A model generated the notes under the pieces. The model did no database searches. It was given only the letters and a program-made list of their open reading frames with translations, and was not told where the DNA came from. Of a stretch of 32,000 bases of DNA, positions 26,190 to 32,000 are shown piece by piece. This DNA is from an uncultured archaeon. GTDB lineage: Archaea > Iainarchaeota > Iainarchaeia > Iainarchaeales > Iainarchaeaceae. Both the position numbers and the translations under genes were made by a program. Location of the stretch: the NCBI GenBank assembly GCA_964577555.1, contig CAZNZM010000001.1:55178-87177 (forward strand), read 5' to 3'. The number at the start of each line of letters is the position of its first letter. Within the stretch, counting starts at the first letter, position 1.

Positions 26190-27419
26190 TTGAAAAAAGC
26201 GTTTTTAACTACTTTGATAATTACTGTTCTTTTATTAGGCAACACAAACGCAAAAGTAATTGAAGAGTTCGATTTCAAGAGCAGGGGGCACAAGGATTTT
26301 TACATAAACGATTTTAACAAAGAAGGTTGCGTCAACTTTGATTTTTCTTATACTTCAGACTTGAATGGTTATGTATTTCCAATATTCACTTTGAAAGCAG
26401 ATTTTCCAAAAGATCCGAAAAACATGGCAAAAATAATGGTTTTATTTAATGGCGTTGAAGTGAAAGAATTAAAGCATGATGATTTCATGGTTGGCGTGGC
26501 TCACATATGGCTTCCAAAAAACAATTTTACAAAAAATAATTCAATTAAAGTATGTGGAAAGACTTCCAAAACACAAAATAAAATAGGAATATTGGCTGAT
26601 TCTTATTTTGGGGTCTATGAAACGTTTTATTTTCCTGATTCTGACGGCTTGACCCTTGAACTTGAAACTTATAATCCTTATGTTGGAAGGGTATTCAAAA
26701 TAGATTCAATAGCAAGAAATTATGGCAGCCAGGATGTTGAAGTGGAGCTTTTTTACAGACAAAAAGACCTTGAAGAGAAAGGCGCACAATTAAGCATACT
26801 CAAAGGCGAGACTTCAAAAAGAGGGGTTGTGCCAAAATGTGTTGCAAGAAATGAGAATTCCGAATGTGAAAAACCCGGAGTACTGAGAATAACATATTAT
26901 GCAGTGCCACAACAAGCTATTGAAATGAGCGTCTTGCCTTCGGTAATGGCTTTCAAAAACGAATTTGGTGAAAGGCAAACCATTTTTTCAAACACGCCAA
27001 TGATAAAATCAATTGAATACCCTGAAAAAATCACTCCACAAATATTTACAAAAAGCGACAAGGTTTTTGCATTGGAACCGGTAAAACTCTTGATAAAACT
27101 AAAAAATAATTCAGAAGAAGCGATACAAAACATAAGTTTGGAGTTAAAAGGCGACCTTGAAGGGCAATCCGGACCTGTAAAAATACAGACAATACAACCT
27201 AACGAAATAAAAGACGTTGAAATAGTTGCAAAACCGGTTGATGCTGGAAATTATATGATAAATTGCGTTGTCAAATACAACGATGAAAATTCAGAATGCA
27301 AAACCTTAATCATAAGAATTGAAAAAAAAGACTTTGCGATTAATGAAATCTTGCCTTTATTACTTGCATTAGTGGCTATTATTGCATTCTTGTATTTCTA
27401 TACAAAAAAAACTGATTAA
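26190..27419 (+). CDS. secreted membrane-anchored protein with COG1361/CARDB-like domains and C-terminal TM (TTG start)
   Basis: Signal MKKAFLTTLIITVLLLGNTNA; LEPVKLLIKLKNNSEEAIQNISLELKGD...; C-terminal EILPLLLALVAIIAFLYFYTKKTD. Confidence 0.8.
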   Translation: MKKAFLTTLIITVLLLGNTNAKVIEEFDFKSRGHKDFYINDFNKEGCVNFDFSYTSDLNGYVFPIFTLKADFPKDPKNMAKIMVLFNGVEVKELKHDDFMVGVAHIWLPKNNFTKNNSIKVCGKTSKTQNKIGILADSYFGVYETFYFPDSDGLTLELETYNPYVGRVFKIDSIARNYGSQDVEVELFYRQKDLEEKGAQLSILKGETSKRGVVPKCVARNENSECEKPGVLRITYYAVPQQAIEMSVLPSVMAFKNEFGERQTIFSNTPMIKSIEYPEKITPQIFTKSDKVFALEPVKLLIKLKNNSEEAIQNISLELKGDLEGQSGPVKIQTIQPNEIKDVEIVAKPVDAGNYMINCVVKYNDENSECKTLIIRIEKKDFAINEILPLLLALVAIIAFLYFYTKKTD

Positions 27420-27434
27420 CTAAAAAATGTTTTT

Positions 27435-27482
27435 TTGTCATTGGCAATGCCAAAATCGCGATTTTTTCTTTAAATGACAAAG
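27435..27482. terminator. nested inverted repeats just after the 26190 gene
   Basis: TTTGTCATT (27435-27443) pairs with AATGACAAA (27474-27482), enclosing the 14-bp palindrome AAAATCGCGATTTT (27453-27466). Confidence 0.4.
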
Positions 27483-27804
27483 CCGACAAGCCGATTTTAT
27501 TTTATAATATGAATCAAAGCCATATATTTTCCAATTAAAATTTGAAGTTTTAGTTGCCATGCCATGTATCAAATCACGCCATGCCGCTAAAGCATCGGTT
27601 TTTCCTGCAAAGTGAATAGCGTCTTAGCCATGTTTTTTCGGTTTAATCCATTTGCAAAACATTGATTTACGACAAAAAATTACACAACAGCACAAAAACA
27701 AAACTCGCTACAATGAATGTTTTAAAATTAAAAAAAACAAGTGTTTATCGCTGCCAGCCAAACGTTAAATCAAAACATTATAGCAAGCTAAATAAAGTAA
27801 AAAA

Positions 27805-30800
27805 TTAAATGTTTTGGCTTGCCTTGTCTTCATGAACCGAATCGCCGAATTTTCTTATTTTTGAAGTCTCTTTAGGTTTATCCTCGTTTGGTTTGCGAAA
27901 AGCCAAATAAATTGCACTGGCCAAAATTGTTATTACGAAAATGTAAATTGCAGGGTTAAGGTTTTCAGGTTGTTTTGGAATAGTAGCCATGCCGGAAGCT
28001 TGATTCGATTTAACAATGGATTTAATGTATGACTTGTTTTCCAAAGCTGTTTTTGCTTCAGCCAATTGCTTATTTGCTTCAGGATTGTACTCGTACTCTG
28101 AGATTTTCATTTCTGCAGCATTGAAGGCAGCCAAGGAATTTTCTTTTAATTTCTCAAGGCTTGATTCTGCTTCAATTGCCAACGACAAAAGATTTTTTGA
28201 TAATTGACAAATATTCTCTTTTTCAGCAATTGAAACTGCCTCTGCGATTTTTCCGTTTGAAATCAAGGAATTTGCTTCTTCAATGACTTTTTTGCTTGAC
28301 GAATCAAGCGGTTCTAAAAATATTTTTAGCCTTTGACTTCCAAGAGGTAACAAGTGATAAATAAGTGAAATTTCTTCTGAATTAACGTCAGAAAAATTAT
28401 TTTCAAATTCTGTTGAAGCCTTTTTTATTCTTTGAAGGTAAGTTGAAATTTCTGAAAGGCATTTGGAAATTTCTTTTGATTTATTAGAAAGTTCCTCAAA
28501 AGAGGCTTTTTTGGAAATTGTTGTTTCAACCAATTTTCTTAAAGAAGACAAATTATTCTCTGCTTCCATAGTATTTCCTGAATCAATCAAGGAATCTATT
28601 TTTTTGGAAAGCGTATTTGTTTGAGAATCATCAAAATTCAAATCAGCTAGTTTTGAAAGCAAAGCGCGTTTTTCCGAAAGAATTGAAACAACCGCAGAAA
28701 TATTTTTGTCTTGTTTGCCTCTGTTCAAGTCGCTTTCTGAATCAAAAACAAGAGTCAACCCGTTGATTCCTGTATCAAGCCATGAAAACAAAATACTTGT
28801 TTTTTTGCCTGTTGAAAAAAAATTGGTATTTCCTGTTGATGCAGACATCACGGCTTTTGACGAGTCTATTTGAAGTTCAACGCTAAAAGGGGTTTTTATA
28901 GGTTTTGCCTTGTTGTCAAAGTACAATTTGCATTCTCTATAATTAGTATCTTCATTGCACATTCCTGACAATTCTGCCTGAACAAATTCAGAGGCAACGG
29001 ATTTTAACATACTTTCGCATTTGCCTGCAATCTCATTTGAAGCATTTGATAATTCTTTGAGTCTTGCCAAAGAGTCTATGCTTTCGACGTCAAGCCTTCC
29101 TGAAAACACATATTTTCCAAATTCTCTCATTTTTTGTGAACAAAAATTAGGATTTTCCGCGAAGTTGGTTTTGAAATTAATTTCTGGATAGTTCAACAAA
29201 ACCGATTCTATTTGGCTCGAAAAATCAGCAATCCTTGAATAATTTTTCAAAAAATTTTCTCCTTCCTGTGATTCCGAAGCTTCTTTTGCAATATTTGAAA
29301 GAATGTTTTTGCACGATTCGAGAGAAAGTGAATGATTTGCAAAATTCGGAAATTCCCTTTTTATAGTTTCCAAATTTTCAAGATATTCTGGGTTTTTTGA
29401 AATTTCAAGCCATTTTTCCGAAACCGAAACGCAATCGTAAATCTCCTTGGAAATAGTGTTTTCAGGATGTTTTTCGGAAAACATTGAAACCAGGTTGTTG
29501 TAAAGGGAATAAATTTCGCTGCACTTGACAAGAGAAGATTTCTCCTTGTATAAAGAAATTTTTGCATGCAAAAGGGCTTTTAATGAAATCAAAGAAGAGT
29601 TCTGTGTTTCAAATTCCTTGCTTGAAAATTTTTTATAAATGAAATTTACATTTTCGTTGCACACCGTCAAAGCAGAATTGGCAATGTTTTTTATTTCAAG
29701 CAAATGCAAATTAATTTGAGCAATATCATAGTTAAGGTCTTTGAGTTTTCTTGTTTTTTGCCCCAAAGCCAATTTTCCGTTAATTGAAGACTCTTTAATG
29801 GATTCAAGTTTGGTTTTTGCGAAAGACAATTTTCCAAAAATTTCTTCAAAGCCTGAAAAGTCCTTTCCAAGAGAAATTATTTCTATTACTCCTTGATCCT
29901 TTCCAGGAATTCCAGGCATTTTACTAAGAATTTTTATTGTTTCAAACGCCTGATGTGTATCAGCCTCTATTTTTCTAATATTTTCATTTATTTCCAATTC
30001 AAGTTTTTCGTTTTTTTCATTTAGTTCTTTAATGTGTTGGGCTTCGGAAATAAACAATGAAAAAAACTCGGATGCAGCTGAATTTTTAGCGCCTATTATT
30101 TTTCCGGTTGCAGAAAACAATTCAAATGCAGGAGTTTTTTTTAGTTCTGATACCGATCCTTTTAGATTGAAAAAATCGGATAAAAAACCTGATATTCCTG
30201 CAAACAATGGAGAAAGCAATTTAATAGTGAAGTTTTCGTGTTTGATGCTTGAAGTTATTTCAAGCGATTTTCCTAATTGCCTTAAAATCGAATTATCCGA
30301 AACCAATTCGGTTGAGTTTAGGGCTTCTGCCACTTTCATGAATTTTGAATATTCATGAAGAAAACGAGATGCATAAGAAGAACCATATTCGTTTTTCTGG
30401 GAAAAATCAACAATGTTTTGATTCAGCAGGACGAAATCTTCATAAAGCGGCTCTTCAGCAATCAAATCGATTTCCTCTGCATGAAGCCTTTTGTTTTCAA
30501 ATCCAATTGCCGATGCGGCCGCAATATTAAATTTGTCTATTGAACTTGAAACCGACAGCATATTGGAATTCAGTTCGTTGACTTCTTGGCTGATTTTTGA
30601 AAAATCGTTTTTTTCGCAACTTTGCCTTATTGAAGATAAATTTTTTCTTGCGGCATGAATCGAGAACCATGCTTTTGCAAGGTGGTTTTTGGCGCTTAAA
30701 ATTTCGCTTGCAGATGATTTGTCAAGCATTTCCGTTTTTATGTTTGAAAATTCGTCTATTTTTGCGAAGCATTTTGCATGGGAATTGCAGTCAGGTATGT

Positions 30801-30912
30801 TGGCAAACGAATCTTTTGCAAGTTCAAGGCATGCTAGCCTGTCGCTTTCAGTAAAATCAGCGCATCCTGAAAACAAAATTACAAGCAAAAGCACTGCAAA
30901 AGTAAAACGCAT
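27805..30912 (-). CDS. long helical/coiled-coil extracytoplasmic protein with lipobox-like N-terminus and C-terminal TM
   Basis: 1035 aa; MRFTFAVLLLVILFSGCADF (lipobox-like FSGC), extended helical region, C-terminal NPAIYIFVITILASAIYLAFRKPNE. Confidence 0.85.
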   Translation of the reverse strand: MRFTFAVLLLVILFSGCADFTESDRLACLELAKDSFANIPDCNSHAKCFAKIDEFSNIKTEMLDKSSASEILSAKNHLAKAWFSIHAARKNLSSIRQSCEKNDFSKISQEVNELNSNMLSVSSSIDKFNIAAASAIGFENKRLHAEEIDLIAEEPLYEDFVLLNQNIVDFSQKNEYGSSYASRFLHEYSKFMKVAEALNSTELVSDNSILRQLGKSLEITSSIKHENFTIKLLSPLFAGISGFLSDFFNLKGSVSELKKTPAFELFSATGKIIGAKNSAASEFFSLFISEAQHIKELNEKNEKLELEINENIRKIEADTHQAFETIKILSKMPGIPGKDQGVIEIISLGKDFSGFEEIFGKLSFAKTKLESIKESSINGKLALGQKTRKLKDLNYDIAQINLHLLEIKNIANSALTVCNENVNFIYKKFSSKEFETQNSSLISLKALLHAKISLYKEKSSLVKCSEIYSLYNNLVSMFSEKHPENTISKEIYDCVSVSEKWLEISKNPEYLENLETIKREFPNFANHSLSLESCKNILSNIAKEASESQEGENFLKNYSRIADFSSQIESVLLNYPEINFKTNFAENPNFCSQKMREFGKYVFSGRLDVESIDSLARLKELSNASNEIAGKCESMLKSVASEFVQAELSGMCNEDTNYRECKLYFDNKAKPIKTPFSVELQIDSSKAVMSASTGNTNFFSTGKKTSILFSWLDTGINGLTLVFDSESDLNRGKQDKNISAVVSILSEKRALLSKLADLNFDDSQTNTLSKKIDSLIDSGNTMEAENNLSSLRKLVETTISKKASFEELSNKSKEISKCLSEISTYLQRIKKASTEFENNFSDVNSEEISLIYHLLPLGSQRLKIFLEPLDSSSKKVIEEANSLISNGKIAEAVSIAEKENICQLSKNLLSLAIEAESSLEKLKENSLAAFNAAEMKISEYEYNPEANKQLAEAKTALENKSYIKSIVKSNQASGMATIPKQPENLNPAIYIFVITILASAIYLAFRKPNEDKPKETSKIRKFGDSVHEDKASQNI

Positions 30913-31113
30913 AATAAATGGCTTTTGTGCCTGCCTAATAAATTGTTAGGTAATTAAAGTATAAACTTAGTGAATAAAAAAAAGTAATTTAATTTTAGTA
31001 AAGTTATGCAAAGCGTAAAAAAATAAAAAGCAAAAATTTTAATGAGAATTGGCTTTTTGAAAAATGATGGAAAACAGCAGGTTTAATTATTTTGTTAAAA
31101 CAAGTATTTAGGC

Positions 31114-31734
31114 ATGGGATTGTTAAAGTGGATAAGGGAAGTGCTTGAAAAAAAGCGGCTTGCAAGGCTAAGGCTTGAAAGGGAAAAGATAATAAAAAAA
31201 GCTTTGGAATTGGAAAGGGATTTTCTTTCCAAAAAATTGTTGAAAAGCGAATACAAAACAATGCATGCTGATTTAAAGGCAAGATTGACTGTTCTGGACC
31301 TTGAAATAGGCATAGCAGACATTTCGGACAATATTGAAAAAATGCTCAACAATTTGGATGGTCTTGATGCAAAAAACTTTGAAAAAACCAGGGTTTTCCT
31401 GAAATCGGTTGAAGAAGTGGAAAACAAAGCTTCAAATGCAAAAAATGATTATGATAAAGGAAGAATTGGTTTGCAAGAGTTTTTGGAAAATTTAAAGGCG
31501 GCTTACTATGAAATGATTGATGCGGAACATGAACTCAGAAATATTTTCAAACAACAGGAAATGAAAAACATAAAAGAAATAGTGGAAGAGGCAAGCCAAT
31601 ATTCAACAAAAGTAAAAAAAGAAAAATCTGAACAAGATAAAAAAATTATTTCTGATGTTTTGCTTGAAGCAAACAGCAAACATAAAAACAAACCATATAA
31701 AAGAAAACCTAACTTAGGAAAAAAATCTGGTTAA
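31114..31734 (+). CDS. cytoplasmic coiled-coil protein
   Basis: 206 aa; MGLLKWIREVLEKKRLARLRLEREKIIKKALELERDFLSKKLLKSEYKTMHADLKARLTVLDLEI...; distant resemblance to the cytoplasmic tails of the 8520 and 15856 products. Confidence 0.75.
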   Translation: MGLLKWIREVLEKKRLARLRLEREKIIKKALELERDFLSKKLLKSEYKTMHADLKARLTVLDLEIGIADISDNIEKMLNNLDGLDAKNFEKTRVFLKSVEEVENKASNAKNDYDKGRIGLQEFLENLKAAYYEMIDAEHELRNIFKQQEMKNIKEIVEEASQYSTKVKKEKSEQDKKIISDVLLEANSKHKNKPYKRKPNLGKKSG

Positions 31735-32000
31735 TAAAAAGAAAAAAATAAAATAATCGTCAAAAAAAACTCGACAAAAAAATAAAAAAAATGCCTCAAA
31801 AAAAACTAATTAAATTAAAATGACAAAAAAATGGCTCACCAAAAAAAATTAAAAAAAAGTTCAAAAAAAAATCATGAAAAAAAATGACAAAAAAAACAGC
31901 TCACAAAAAAACAACGACAAAAAAAATGGCTCACAAAAAATAATTTCAAACAAAAAAAACACAAAAAAAACAAAAATCAAAAAAAACAATTCAAAAAAAA
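31735..32000 (+). repeat. A-tract-rich intergenic array running off the window edge
   Basis: tgacaaaaaaatggctcaccaaaaaaaattaaaaaaaagttcaaaaaaaaatcatgaaaaaaaatgacaaaaaaaacagctcacaaaaaaacaacgacaaaaaaaatggctcac; nearly identical to 21601-21665. Confidence 0.8.

Noticed and set aside
1-32000. Mobile element, prophage or restriction/defence island
   Set aside because: No transposase, integrase, phage structural, methyltransferase or nuclease defence genes recognised; the genes are mostly conserved archaeal housekeeping plus envelope proteins.

Overview
This 32 kb window looks like a chromosomal segment of a small-genome, AT-rich archaeon, probably DPANN-like (inference from protein content; no rRNA marker is present). 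It carries information-processing and housekeeping genes: PolD large subunit DP2 (5'-truncated), a SepF-like cell-division protein, Orc1/Cdc6, a Hel308-like helicase, NAC, an FKBP/SlyD-type PPIase, proteasome beta subunit, the KH/beta-CASP nuclease aCPSF1 and an adenylate-kinase-like NTPase. These are interspersed with poorly characterised envelope and coiled-coil proteins. The best candidate for an undescribed system is a tightly packed three-gene cassette at 8520-17699. It encodes a 2439-aa secreted beta-helix/Ig-like surface protein with one C-terminal TM and a cytoplasmic coiled coil, a second membrane protein with a related topology and cytoplasmic segment, and a single-domain KaiC-like ATPase whose start overlaps the preceding stop. 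The second notable signal is a family of strongly strand-asymmetric A-tract intergenic arrays (3210-3510, 21361-22250, 24927-25215, 31735-32000). They share short cores of the type GGCTCRC and near-identical longer words. Smaller signals include an 18-bp palindrome centred on the putative psmB TATA box, inverted repeats upstream of orc1/cdc6, a tandem 12-mer upstream of the giant gene, hairpins between convergent genes, and a possible 47-aa small ORF. No rRNA, tRNA, CRISPR array or transposase was recognised.
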